This document shows, piece after piece, positions 33,071-43,648 of a DNA stretch of 64,000 nt; position 1 is the first letter of the stretch; each line of letters begins with the position of its first letter. Source of the stretch: an uncultured Alphaproteobacteria bacterium (GTDB lineage: Bacteria > Pseudomonadota > Alphaproteobacteria > Methylaequorales > Methylaequoraceae). The notes under the pieces were generated by a model. That model searched no databases. It was not told the origin of the DNA and was given only the letters and a program-made list of their open reading frames with translations. The stretch is from the NCBI GenBank assembly GCA_902590895.1, contig CACIYM010000001.1, forward strand, positions 160,555 through 224,554, in the 5' to 3' direction. The position numbers and the translations under genes were made by a program.

Positions 33071-33507
33071 TAATCTATTAAGAAAAGAGGTTCACCAAAT
33101 TCAACAGGCGACTCATTTTTAATAAAAACTTTTTTTATTACACCATTTTTATCTGCTGTAATTTCATTCATTGTTTTCATAGCCTCAATTATAAGTAAAA
33201 CTTGCCCAATTTTAACGGCCTGTCCAACTTCTACAAATTTTTTTGCGCCCGGCTCTGGAGAAAGATAAGCTGTTCCTACCAGTGGAGATTTTAGTGCTTT
33301 CTCGGATGAAGAAGGCTCATCTTTTTTTTTTGAAATTGATTGTTCAAATATTTCATTATTATTAAAGTCATTATTTTCCTTAAGAATTTTTTTAAGTTTA
33401 AAAACAGAACCACCATCAGATATTTCAATTTCTGATAAGTTATTTTTTGTCATTGATTTTGAAAGTAAATCAATAATGTCAATAATTTTTTTGTCTATTT
33501 TCGTCAT
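33070..33507 (-). CDS. accB: Biotin carboxyl carrier protein
   Basis: SPLVGTAY, EAMKTMN biotinylation motif. Confidence 0.95.
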   Translation of the reverse strand: MTKIDKKIIDIIDLLSKSMTKNNLSEIEISDGGSVFKLKKILKENNDFNNNEIFEQSISKKKDEPSSSEKALKSPLVGTAYLSPEPGAKKFVEVGQAVKIGQVLLIIEAMKTMNEITADKNGVIKKVFIKNESPVEFGEPLFLID

Positions 33508-33929
33508 TTTTTTAATTGCATGATAGAAAGGATAGCAAGTCTGTAAACATTAGTACCAAATCCAGCAATAATACCATCAACTATTGGACTAATAAAAGAT
33601 TTTTTTCTAAATTCTTCTCTTGAATAAATATTTGAGATATGAACCTCAATTTTTGGTATTTTAACTGCTTTAAGTGCATCATGAATTGCTATGGAAGTGT
33701 GAGTGAAAGCTCCTGCATTTATTATTAAAGCGGAAAACTGATTAGATGAATGAAGTCGATCAATAATTTCGCTTTCAGAATTGCTTTGATAAAACACTAA
33801 ATCTAATTTACTGAACTCATTACAACATTCATTTTCTATATCCTCAAGAGTTTTTCGTCCATATATCTCGGGTTCTCTATCACCAAGTAAATTCAAATTT
33901 GGACCATTTATAATTAAAATTTTAATCAT
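33504..33929 (-). CDS. aroQ: Type II 3-dehydroquinate dehydratase
   Basis: NGPNLNLLG.REPEIYG, HTSIAI, EVHISN..REEFR. Confidence 0.96.
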   Translation of the reverse strand: MIKILIINGPNLNLLGDREPEIYGRKTLEDIENECCNEFSKLDLVFYQSNSESEIIDRLHSSNQFSALIINAGAFTHTSIAIHDALKAVKIPKIEVHISNIYSREEFRKKSFISPIVDGIIAGFGTNVYRLAILSIMQLKK

Positions 33930-35230
33930 TTATTTTCTCGTTTTTTTATTTCTTTTTCAAGATCAATTACTTTATTCAACAAAATTTTATCCTTCGAAAC
34001 TTGCTTTACTCTCTTAATGTGCATTTTAGCATTATCCAATTGATTGACTAATAAATACTTCTCAGCTAAAGCATATGAAGAAAGGTCATACTTTTTTAAT
34101 TTTCCATAATTCAATCCTAAATAATGCCAAGCCTCATATGGAAAGTCATCGTCTTTGATATATTTCCATAATAATTCTATTGACTCACTAAAAGATTGTT
34201 TTGCATCCGAATGGTATAAAGATTTAGCTAGAAAAAGATTGAAGCTTTTTTCATCAGATTTTAAGAAAATGGCTCTTCTAAAAGCTAAAACAGATTCATT
34301 TGATTTACCACTCTCAAAAAGAATTTGTCCTTTCAACTCATGAAAGTATGGATTTTTAGGATCAATTTTTATGCATTTATCAACAAGATTAAGCGCTATA
34401 TTTATTTTTCCAACCCTGTAATTTCTAAGAGAATAGGCATAGAGACTTTCAAGAGACTCCAAATCAGGATATAGAGTTTCTAATTCAAAATCTTCTAAGA
34501 AAAAACCATTTACCTTTGCCTTTACAAGAGAAAATTTTAAATTTAGGGATTTAAAATTTTTTTTATTCTGATTTTGTAAATTCATTTTTATAACTTTTTT
34601 TCTCTCACTTGATAAAGGGTGTGTTAAAAAATATGGATTAATTTTTTTTAAACTTTCATTTCTTTCAAGAATTTTAAATATATTCAACATACCCTCAAGA
34701 GAAAAACCAGAATTTTTTAGTAATCGTATTGCAGTTTGATCTGCCAATGATTCCTGAGTTCTTGAAAATGACAAAAGTCTGCCAGTTCCAAGATTTTGAC
34801 CTCCCATAATAAGAGCAGTTCCTGCTGACCCAGCTCCAGCAGCCATTGCGCCAGCTGCTAAAATTGATGAAATTATATTTATCATTGAGGACTGCTCCAT
34901 TACTTTTATTCTTTGAGTAAAATGTCCACCTATTATGTGACCGATTTCATGACCAATTACGCCAGCAATATCGTCAATCCTTTTACTTTCAATTAATAAC
35001 CTTGTTGTTAAAAAAATTTTTTGCCCTGGCAATACGAATGCATTTATAAAGTCTTGGTTATCAATAAAAAAACTTATCTTATTCGCATCAAACTTAGAAT
35101 CCTTCATTAGTTCAATTGCTATTTCTTTGAACAGGTTTTCGGTTTCCGCGTCTCTAACTACATTTAAGTTTGCAGAATAACTTTGTTTTGAAATTATACA
35201 AAGAAATAAAAATAATTTTAAAAATCTCAT
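33926..35230 (-). CDS. M48-family metalloprotease with TPRs (BepA-like)
   Basis: INAF, HEIGH, FSRTQE..AD, THP motifs. Confidence 0.92.
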   Translation of the reverse strand: MRFLKLFLFLCIISKQSYSANLNVVRDAETENLFKEIAIELMKDSKFDANKISFFIDNQDFINAFVLPGQKIFLTTRLLIESKRIDDIAGVIGHEIGHIIGGHFTQRIKVMEQSSMINIISSILAAGAMAAGAGSAGTALIMGGQNLGTGRLLSFSRTQESLADQTAIRLLKNSGFSLEGMLNIFKILERNESLKKINPYFLTHPLSSERKKVIKMNLQNQNKKNFKSLNLKFSLVKAKVNGFFLEDFELETLYPDLESLESLYAYSLRNYRVGKINIALNLVDKCIKIDPKNPYFHELKGQILFESGKSNESVLAFRRAIFLKSDEKSFNLFLAKSLYHSDAKQSFSESIELLWKYIKDDDFPYEAWHYLGLNYGKLKKYDLSSYALAEKYLLVNQLDNAKMHIKRVKQVSKDKILLNKVIDLEKEIKKRENK

Positions 35231-35267
35231 ATTTCAAATATAAATATATAATAGATTAGAATATTTT

Positions 35268-36428
35268 ATGAACAATAAATTTTATTTTCCCTCAATAAGG
35301 TCTAATGTAGATTCGTTTTATGTGATGAGCTTGTTATCAAAAGCTTCAAACCTTGAAAAAAAAGGTAAGGAAATTTTCCATTTTGAATTAGGCGAACCTC
35401 AAATAAGCACTCCTGAGCCTATTATTAAAGAAATAAAAAAACTCTTAAAGCTTAATTTACCTGGATATACACCATCGAATGGTATAGGAGAGTTAAGATT
35501 GAAAATTTCTAAGTTCTATTTAAAAAAATATAATGTTGATATTGATCCTGATAAAATTTTTATCACAAACGGTTCATCTGGAGCATTTTTGTTAAGTTTT
35601 ATCTCTGCTTTTGATTCAGGTATGAAAGTAGGAATATTTAACCCTGTTTATCCTGCCTACAGGAATATTCTTAAAGCTTTAAATATTAAAGTAGTTGAAA
35701 TTGATCCATCTGATACGGATAGAGACCTGATTGATTTAAAAAAAGTAGGAAATTACAAAAATCTTGATGGCTTGATCATATCTAACCCAAATAATCCAAA
35801 TGGTCAGGTATTTTCAGAAAATGAGTTAAAATTTATTTATAATTATTGTGAAAAGAATAAAATAGTTTTAATTGTTGATGAAATATATCACGGAATTGAG
35901 TATGGCCAGTACTCAAAGTCAATTTTAAATTTTGGTTTCAATGTTTTTGTCATAAATAGTTTTTCAAAATATTTTTGTATGCCAGGATGGAGACTAGGTT
36001 GGGCAGTTGTACCTAACAGACTTCAAAGTAATTTTTTAAAGTTATCTCAAAATATTTTTATTTCATCTGGAAATATTTCTCAATATTCTGCCTTAAAAGC
36101 TTTTGATTGTTTTGACTATTTTAACAAAATAGTTAATGAATACAGAGAGAACAAAATACAAATTTTTAAGGAGTTAAAAAATGTAAAAAATCTAAAATTT
36201 AAAGAACCACAGGGTGCGTTTTACTTTTATTTAAACATTGAAAAATTAGGAGTTAATTCTGTAGAGTTGTCTAATAAAATTCTTGAAGAAACTGGTGTAG
36301 TTGTAACACCTGGTAATGATTTCGATAAAAAATATGGTTTAAACTTTATAAGACTTGCGTTTTCTGGAAAAAAAGAAAAAACTGTAAAAGGAATTAAAAA
36401 ATTAGTTAAGTGGTTTAATGATCAGTGA
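35268..36428 (+). CDS. PLP-dependent aminotransferase class I/II
   Basis: NPNNPNG, DEIYHG, NSFSKYFCMPGWRLGW. Confidence 0.93.
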   Translation: MNNKFYFPSIRSNVDSFYVMSLLSKASNLEKKGKEIFHFELGEPQISTPEPIIKEIKKLLKLNLPGYTPSNGIGELRLKISKFYLKKYNVDIDPDKIFITNGSSGAFLLSFISAFDSGMKVGIFNPVYPAYRNILKALNIKVVEIDPSDTDRDLIDLKKVGNYKNLDGLIISNPNNPNGQVFSENELKFIYNYCEKNKIVLIVDEIYHGIEYGQYSKSILNFGFNVFVINSFSKYFCMPGWRLGWAVVPNRLQSNFLKLSQNIFISSGNISQYSALKAFDCFDYFNKIVNEYRENKIQIFKELKNVKNLKFKEPQGAFYFYLNIEKLGVNSVELSNKILEETGVVVTPGNDFDKKYGLNFIRLAFSGKKEKTVKGIKKLVKWFNDQ

Positions 36429-38488
36429 TTCCACCAGCCTTGTCGCTTTTCAACTTTTTTTTGTTTTTCAAGAATTTCTATATTTTGTTTTTTCATTGAA
36501 ATTTTGGTTGATGATTTCAATGATTTATTTACACCTCTTTTGACCTTTGTTTTATTATAATCTATAGCTTTGGCTCTATAGCTTTTTCTTTTTTCGACCT
36601 CATTTTTTATATCTTGGACTTTTTCATTAATCACTGATTCTTTTTCTTTATCATTTTCTTTAAGAATTGGAGATTTTTTATTAACACCTTTTCTGTCTTT
36701 TTTGTTTAAGTTTTTTCCTTTCAAAATTTGATTAATTACTTCAATTTCAATATTAAAATGACAGTTTTTAATTATTACTTCATTCTCCTTGCATATAATA
36801 AATTCTTGGTTACTAAGCTCATCAAAGACTCTAATTTTTAAAAGTTTCTCATTTGCTATTTGTTTATTTTTGACCTCATTAAGCTTCTCGTTTAATGCAC
36901 TATTACACAATAAAAAAATTTCATCTTTTGGTCGATCAAATTTAATTTCTGATAATGTTCTTAAAATTTGATTTATTAAAAACTCATTTGATAGAACACT
37001 TCCATAACCATTACAGTGACTACATTTAATTGATATTTTTTGGTCTTCAGTTACTTTTAATCTTTGTCTTGATAGCTCTAATAAACCAAAATTACTTATT
37101 CTTCCAATTTGTATCCTAGCCCTATCATCTTTAGTACAATCCTTAAGTTTTTTTTCTACTTTGAAATTATGATTCCTATCTAACATATCAATAAAATCTA
37201 TCACAATCAATCCAGCAAGGTCTCTAATTCTAAGCTGTCTGCTAATTTCCTCTGCTGCCTCTAAGTTTGTTTTAAAGGCAGTATCCTCAATATTTCTTTG
37301 TTTTGTAGATTTACCAGAGTTTATATCTATGGCAACCAATGCTTCCGTTTGGTTTATAACGAGGTATCCCCCAGATCGCAAATTAACGATGGGATTGTTG
37401 GTATCAATAATTTTCTTTTCAATTCCAAACTTAAAAAATAATGGTTTTTTATCTTTGTACTCCTTTAAAAATTTTAAAGATTGTGGCATATACTGTTTTA
37501 CAATTTCTTTACACTTTAGATATGTTTTTTTATTGTTGATTAAAACTTCATCGTAAGTTGAATCAAAATAATCTCTTAGGCATCTTTTAATTAAATTATC
37601 TTCCTCATGAATCAAAGATGGTGCGTTAGATTTGATTGTTTTTGTTGTGATTTCTTTCCAAAGTTTAACTAAAGAATTATAGTCTCTTTTTATATCTTTC
37701 AAACCCATTGCTTGACCGGCAGTTCTAATTATCACTCCCATACCTTTATTGATACTTAGTTTACTGACAATTTCTTTAAGTTTTTTTCTAAGTTTAAAAT
37801 CAATAATTTTTCTTGATATTCCTCCACCCTTATTTGTGTTAGGCATCAAAACACAATATTTTCCAGCTAATGATAACCTTGTTGTTACAGCTGCGCCTTT
37901 GTTACCTCTTTCCTCTTTTACAACTTGAATCAATATAACTTGATTACTTTTAATAACTTCCTGAATACTATATTTTCTGTGAAAAATTATTTTTTTATTT
38001 TTATTATGATTTTTAAAATTTTTTCTTTTTTTTATTTTTGGTGCAGAAAAATCATCCAGTGGTTTGTAGTTAAAAAAATCAAATACTTTAGATAAAAATC
38101 CTTTTTGAACCTCTAAACTTTTCTTTCTACTTGAACTGTCTGTTTCCTGAAAATTGTTATCATCATATAACTCTTCGTCATCATTTAAGTTAATTTGCTT
38201 TGATTCCTCGAGCTCTTGTTCCAAAAGTTTTTTTTTGTCTGCTGTAGGTATTTTAAAATAATCTGGATGAATTTCATTGTACGCTAAAAAACCATGTTTA
38301 TTTCCTCCATAATCTACAAAAGCAGCCTGTAACGATGGTTCAACTCTGACAATTTTTGCAAGGTAAATGTTTCCTTTAGTTCTATCATTTTTAAGCCTTT
38401 CCGCTTCATAGTCAATTAATCCTTCCCCTTCAACAATTGCAACTCTTACTTCTTCATTTTTTTCCGCATCTATTAATATTTTTTTCAT
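36422..38488 (-). CDS. rne: Ribonuclease E
   Basis: GNIYLAKIVRVEPSLQAAFVDYG, AIDINSG, DFIDM, Zn-link CSHC, C-terminal GWW motif. Confidence 0.95.
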   Translation of the reverse strand: MKKILIDAEKNEEVRVAIVEGEGLIDYEAERLKNDRTKGNIYLAKIVRVEPSLQAAFVDYGGNKHGFLAYNEIHPDYFKIPTADKKKLLEQELEESKQINLNDDEELYDDNNFQETDSSSRKKSLEVQKGFLSKVFDFFNYKPLDDFSAPKIKKRKNFKNHNKNKKIIFHRKYSIQEVIKSNQVILIQVVKEERGNKGAAVTTRLSLAGKYCVLMPNTNKGGGISRKIIDFKLRKKLKEIVSKLSINKGMGVIIRTAGQAMGLKDIKRDYNSLVKLWKEITTKTIKSNAPSLIHEEDNLIKRCLRDYFDSTYDEVLINNKKTYLKCKEIVKQYMPQSLKFLKEYKDKKPLFFKFGIEKKIIDTNNPIVNLRSGGYLVINQTEALVAIDINSGKSTKQRNIEDTAFKTNLEAAEEISRQLRIRDLAGLIVIDFIDMLDRNHNFKVEKKLKDCTKDDRARIQIGRISNFGLLELSRQRLKVTEDQKISIKCSHCNGYGSVLSNEFLINQILRTLSEIKFDRPKDEIFLLCNSALNEKLNEVKNKQIANEKLLKIRVFDELSNQEFIICKENEVIIKNCHFNIEIEVINQILKGKNLNKKDRKGVNKKSPILKENDKEKESVINEKVQDIKNEVEKRKSYRAKAIDYNKTKVKRGVNKSLKSSTKISMKKQNIEILEKQKKVEKRQGWWNH

Positions 38489-38621
38489 CTTTTCTTACCC
38501 TTTAATTCTGTAGTTGTGTGATTTTTTTAATTCGAAACCAAAAATAAAAAAAAACTCCATTATATTGATTTTTTTTAAAAAAAAATACTATATATAGTAT
38601 AATAAATTAAAATAATCTAAA

Positions 38622-39689
38622 TTGAAAGTCTCTATTAAATTCGTTTTATATATCATATTTTTACTATCTAGTAATGAATTAATTTCTTCAGAGATTGTAA
38701 ACTTTAGATTTGGTTCAAACTCTGACATTAAAAGGATAGTTCTAGATATAAATGAGGATGTAACTTTCAGTAATAAAAAGTTTAAGAAAAAGATAGAAAT
38801 CAGATTTGATAAAAATGTATCAATAAAGAATGCCTTAAAAAACAATGAATATTTAAACAGTATTGAACTTGACGAAAGCAAAACGACATTAACTTTAAAC
38901 TTTAAAAATGTTATTCATAATCCTAACATTTACTTTCTTAAAAAAAAAAATAACAAATATTCTAGAATTGTAATTGATTATCTTAGAAAGATAGAGAAAA
39001 AAAAAGTTATAGTTATTGACCCTGGTCATGGAGGCAAAGATTCAGGTGCTGTGGGTGTAAGGAAACAACTTGAAAAACATATAACTTTGGCTGTCGGTAG
39101 ATTGTTAAAAAAAAAAATTGAGTCTAATGGAAAGTTTGATGTTATTTTAACCAGAAATAGAGACATTTTTTTAAAGTTAAGGGAAAGAACAAAGATTGCA
39201 AAACAATCGAACGCAGATATTTTTATTTCTTTACACGCTGATTATAATAGAAACAAAAGAACCAGAGGAATATCACTTTATACTCTTTCGGAAAAAGCAT
39301 CTGACAAAGAGGCTGCTGCATTGGCAAGAAGGGAAAATAAATCTGATTTTTTAGGAAATGTGGATCTTTCGGATGAGACATCTGAGGTTACCAACATACT
39401 AATAGACTTAACAAAAAGAGAAACATTAAATCAGTCAAGTCATTTGGTAAATTTCTTAATAAAAGAGTTTAAAAATGATATGAATTTGTTGCAAAGAACA
39501 CACAGATTTGCTGGTTTTGCTGTTCTCAAGTCTCTTGATATACCTTCTGTTTTAATAGAGATGGGGTATCTCTCTAACAAACATGATTCGAAACTTTTAA
39601 CTGACAAAAGTTATCACAATAAAATTTCCGATGATATACTTAATGCAATCGTTAAATACTTTAATTGGATAGAAAAAAATAGTATTTAG
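38622..39689 (+). CDS. amiC: N-acetylmuramoyl-L-alanine amidase
   Basis: IDPGHGGKD, FISLHAD, AGFAVLK, LIEMGY; TTG start. Confidence 0.93.
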   Translation: MKVSIKFVLYIIFLLSSNELISSEIVNFRFGSNSDIKRIVLDINEDVTFSNKKFKKKIEIRFDKNVSIKNALKNNEYLNSIELDESKTTLTLNFKNVIHNPNIYFLKKKNNKYSRIVIDYLRKIEKKKVIVIDPGHGGKDSGAVGVRKQLEKHITLAVGRLLKKKIESNGKFDVILTRNRDIFLKLRERTKIAKQSNADIFISLHADYNRNKRTRGISLYTLSEKASDKEAAALARRENKSDFLGNVDLSDETSEVTNILIDLTKRETLNQSSHLVNFLIKEFKNDMNLLQRTHRFAGFAVLKSLDIPSVLIEMGYLSNKHDSKLLTDKSYHNKISDDILNAIVKYFNWIEKNSI

Positions 39690-39694
39690 TTATT

Positions 39695-42040
39695 ATGATT
39701 AAAAATTTATTAAATTTTTTTTATTTAACACTCATAGGACTTTTTGGCTTATTTTTCATAGTTATTTTTGTTTTTTATTTTTTTGGAAAAGATTTACCAA
39801 GTTTTGATAAACTTTCCTACTATCAACCCAGGTTAGTATCAAAAATCTTTACATCTAACGGTAACTTTCTTGAAGATTATTCCACAGAAAATAGAGTTTT
39901 TAGTAGCTATGAGGAAATTCCTAAAGAATTAATAAATTGTTTTTTAGTGACCGAAGATATAAATTTTTTTAATCATATTGGTATCGACTTTAAAGGAATA
40001 GCAAGGGCTTTTTACAAAAATGTTTTAAAGACTTTTACTAATAAGAGACTTGAAGGTGCTTCAACAATCACTCAACAAGTTGCAAAAAACTTTCTTCTTA
40101 CAAATGAAATTTCTTATACAAGAAAAATTAAAGAAATAATCATAGCTTTGAGAATGGAAAAGGTTTTGGAAAAGGAACAAATTATGGAGCTTTACTTAAA
40201 TGAAATTTATTTAGGTAATGGTTCATATGGAATAGCAGCTGCCTCATTGAATTATTTTAACAAATCATTGGCTAGTTTAGATCTTCATGAAATGGCAATG
40301 CTGGCAGCGTTACCTAAGGCACCATCAACTTACAATCCATATAGAAATCCAGTAAAAGCAATGAAAAGAAGAAATTGGGTCTTAAAAAGGTTATTTGATG
40401 AAAAGTTCATAGATTTAGATACATATAGCTCTGTTTTGAATGAAAAAATTGTTCTAACTAAAAGCGAAAAAATTCTTAACGATAATGCATCCTTTTTTAA
40501 AGAAGAAGTAAGAAGAGAAATAATTTCTAAGTTCAATGAATCAAAATTATATGATGGTGGACTAACTATTATGACCACATTAGATGAAGACTTGCAAATT
40601 AAAGCAGAGGAATCGTTTAAATCAGGATTAAAATCGTATTCTTTTAGAAAAGGTTGGAACGGACCAGTTACAAATTTTAGTTCGAAGGATAAAAAGGAAC
40701 TTTTCGAAAAGTTTAAGGAGCCAGAGGGAATTTATGATGATGAGTTAGGGTTAGTTTTAAAAGTTAAAAATGATCACGTTACTTTGATAAACAAAGAAAA
40801 AAAGCAGATTAAGCTTTTTAAAAATCAAATGTCTTTAATTAGAAAAAAAAAAAATGATTTAAAAAAACTTTTTAAGCCTGGTGACGTTGTAGTTTTATCC
40901 CTTGATAAAAATTCAGATTCATACAGGCTCAGTCAAATACCGAAAGTTAACGGTGGTATGGTTGTACTCGATAATTACACTGGAAGAGTTCTAGCTATGG
41001 TCGGAGGGTATGATTCTGGATCATCTTTTAATCGCGTGACACAGGCAAAGCGACAATTAGGTTCATCTTTTAAACCTTTTGTTTATATTACCGCGCTTGA
41101 AAATGGGTATACTCCAATTAGTAAAGTTCTAGATGCTCCATTTGTCATTGATGATATGTCGAAAGATGGTGTGTGGAGACCAACAAATTATGGTGATAAG
41201 TTTTATGGTCTTAGCACTTTAAGATTAGGTATTGAAAAATCTAGAAATCTAATGACAATTCGTTTATCAGATCAAGTTGGTTTAGATAAAGTTTCCCAAA
41301 TATCCAAACGTTTAGGTATCTACGATGATTTTCCTTTATTAATTTCAAGTTCTTTAGGTTCACTTGAAAGTTCTTTACTTAAAATTACAGCTGGCTATGC
41401 ATCAATTGCTAATGGAGGATACAGAGTTGACCCGAGAATGATTGATGTAATTTATGATAAAAAAGGGAAAATTATATTTAATGGGGACAAAAGGAAATGT
41501 CAAAAGTGTAAAATTAATTCAGACAATTACTCTTCACTTAGTAGATTGGATCTGCCAAAAATATTAAATACCTCGGAGAGAATTATTTCTGAAGATACTG
41601 CTTATCAGATGACATCTTTTCTGATGGGTGTAATCGAAAGAGGTACTGCAAAAAATATTAATATTTTTGATTATCAAGTTGCCGGCAAAACTGGAACAAC
41701 TAATGAAAATCAAGATGCGTGGTTTATTGGTTATAATTCTGAAATTACTGTTGGAGTATTTGTAGGCTACGATGAACCAAAATCTCTGGGGAGATTTGAA
41801 ACGGGATCGAAAGTTGCAGCACCCATTTTTAAAGATTTTATGAGTAAAAGTTATATGAAAGCTAAACCTAGACCTTTCAATATACCTGATTCAATTAAGT
41901 TCATAAATATTGATTTATTCTCTGGAAATCCAAGCAATAGAGATTTTATTACTGAATCCTTTAAATATAACTTTAACTTTGACAAGAGTTTAGATCTGAA
42001 AACTGATGATTCCGATATTCAATTAAAAGGATTTTATTAA
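39695..42040 (+). CDS. mrcA: Penicillin-binding protein 1A
   Basis: GASTITQQVAKN, RKIKE, GSSFKP (SxxK), SRN, KTGT. Confidence 0.95.
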   Translation: MIKNLLNFFYLTLIGLFGLFFIVIFVFYFFGKDLPSFDKLSYYQPRLVSKIFTSNGNFLEDYSTENRVFSSYEEIPKELINCFLVTEDINFFNHIGIDFKGIARAFYKNVLKTFTNKRLEGASTITQQVAKNFLLTNEISYTRKIKEIIIALRMEKVLEKEQIMELYLNEIYLGNGSYGIAAASLNYFNKSLASLDLHEMAMLAALPKAPSTYNPYRNPVKAMKRRNWVLKRLFDEKFIDLDTYSSVLNEKIVLTKSEKILNDNASFFKEEVRREIISKFNESKLYDGGLTIMTTLDEDLQIKAEESFKSGLKSYSFRKGWNGPVTNFSSKDKKELFEKFKEPEGIYDDELGLVLKVKNDHVTLINKEKKQIKLFKNQMSLIRKKKNDLKKLFKPGDVVVLSLDKNSDSYRLSQIPKVNGGMVVLDNYTGRVLAMVGGYDSGSSFNRVTQAKRQLGSSFKPFVYITALENGYTPISKVLDAPFVIDDMSKDGVWRPTNYGDKFYGLSTLRLGIEKSRNLMTIRLSDQVGLDKVSQISKRLGIYDDFPLLISSSLGSLESSLLKITAGYASIANGGYRVDPRMIDVIYDKKGKIIFNGDKRKCQKCKINSDNYSSLSRLDLPKILNTSERIISEDTAYQMTSFLMGVIERGTAKNINIFDYQVAGKTGTTNENQDAWFIGYNSEITVGVFVGYDEPKSLGRFETGSKVAAPIFKDFMSKSYMKAKPRPFNIPDSIKFINIDLFSGNPSNRDFITESFKYNFNFDKSLDLKTDDSDIQLKGFY

Positions 42041-43135
42041 TGAAATATGAATTGGTCCAAATTTCAAATAAGATTAAGGTTTTACTAGAAAACCTGAGGG
42101 GGTTTGTTTGAAAAAAAAAATATCGAAAAAGAATTAAAAAGTTTAGAGGAAACTCTTGAAAAAGAAACTGATTGGAATGACTATGAAAATATTAATAAAA
42201 AATTAAAGAAAAAAAATTACCTGTCAAGTTTCATTAAATCATTAAACAATCTTGAGAAAAATTTTTTAGATACACTTGAATTGATAGAAATTACTGAGGA
42301 ATCATCTAACCCGCAACTATTTTTAGAACTTGAAAATGATTTAATATCAACAGAAAAAAAAATAAGTATTCTTTATTTAGAAACGCTGATGTCCGGTAAA
42401 GCTGATAATAAAAATGCACTTTTAGAAATACATTCAGGTGCAGGTGGAGTTGAATCCCAAGATTGGGTTGAGATGTTATTTAGAATGTACTCTAGATGGG
42501 CTGAATCAAAAAAATTTTCCTTAATATTAATTGATCAGAGTATAGGAGAGGAAGCTGGTTTAAAAGCTGTTACATTAAAAATTGAAGGAGAAAATGCCTA
42601 TGGTTGGTTGAAACTTGAAACTGGGGTTCACAGATTAGTTCGTATATCTCCATTTGACTCTCAATCTAGAAGACATACTAGTTTTGCCTCAGTTTTTTGT
42701 TATCCAGAGATTGACAATTCTGTAAATATAAATATTGCTGAAAAGGATTTAAGAATTGATACTTACAGGGCATCTGGAGCTGGAGGTCAACACGTTAACA
42801 AAACAGATAGCGCAGTAAGGATTACGCATTTACCATCAAATATTTCAGTCCAATGTCAAAATAGTAGATCACAACACCGAAATAAAACTTTAGCAATGGA
42901 AATGCTAAAATCTAAACTTTATGAAATTGAAATAAAGAAAGAAGAGGAAGAAAATAAAAAAAATAGATCTGAAAAAGGTAATATCAGCTGGGGAAACCAA
43001 ATTAGGTCATATGTAATGCAACCTTATACAATGGTTAAGGATCATAGAACCAATACGGAGGTGTCTGATGTATCTTCTGTTCTTGATGGTGATATAGAAA
43101 AGTTTTTAGAAAGTCAGCTCACAAAATTTTCTTAA
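42040..43135 (+). CDS. prfB: Peptide chain release factor 2, expressed via +1 frameshift
   Basis: ORF0 ATG 42040 to TGA 42109-42111. The +1 frame carries SPF and GGQ motifs. Internal SD AGGGGG at 42097-42102. Confidence 0.95.
42097..42112 (+). promoter_or_regulatory. prfB programmed +1 frameshift cassette AGGGGG-TTT-GTT-TGA-A
   Basis: SD-like hexamer, 3-nt spacer, shift codon and UGA in the canonical arrangement, but GTT in place of CTT. Confidence 0.85.
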
Positions 43136-43593
43136 GAGAGATTGGAAATATAATCAAAAACCTCTTGAACGTGATTTTTAACCTTAACTTTTTTCCATAA
43201 ATGTATGAGTATTAGATTTTCATCGAATAAAAAGGTAGATCGCTCTATTCCCATATATTTTTTTCCATACATTGATTTTTCTACCCAAACTTTAAAAGTC
43301 TTACAAACACTTCCATCTTCATCAGACGCTAATTTAATTTCAAGATTGTGCTTTTGGATAAACTTAGAGTGCTTCTCTACACTGTCCTTAGAAACGCCAA
43401 CTACTATAACACCAAGTTTGTCAAATTCATTCTTAAAACTTGTGAAATCAATAGCTTCTGTTGTACATCCTGGAGTGTCGTCTTTGGGATAAAAATAAAT
43501 TATAACTTTCTTTCCAAGTAAGTCTTTTTCAGTTAAAACTGATGTATCGTTTATGATTAGTTTTATACCTTTAAGTTTGTGTCCAATTTCCAT
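43132..43593 (-). CDS. bcp: Peroxiredoxin Bcp/PrxQ
   Basis: YFYPKDDTPGCTTEA, GIERSTF. Confidence 0.95.
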   Translation of the reverse strand: MEIGHKLKGIKLIINDTSVLTEKDLLGKKVIIYFYPKDDTPGCTTEAIDFTSFKNEFDKLGVIVVGVSKDSVEKHSKFIQKHNLEIKLASDEDGSVCKTFKVWVEKSMYGKKYMGIERSTFLFDENLILIHLWKKVKVKNHVQEVFDYISNLS

Positions 43594-43604
43594 TTAATTA
43601 TACT

Positions 43605-43634
43605 TTGTCAAATTTATTATTAGTTAGTTATAAT
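43605..43634 (+). promoter_or_regulatory. Putative sigma70 promoter for the YhdP-like gene
   Basis: TTGTCA-N18-TATAAT just upstream of ATG 43649. Confidence 0.45.
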
Positions 43635-43648
43635 AAAATAAAAATATT

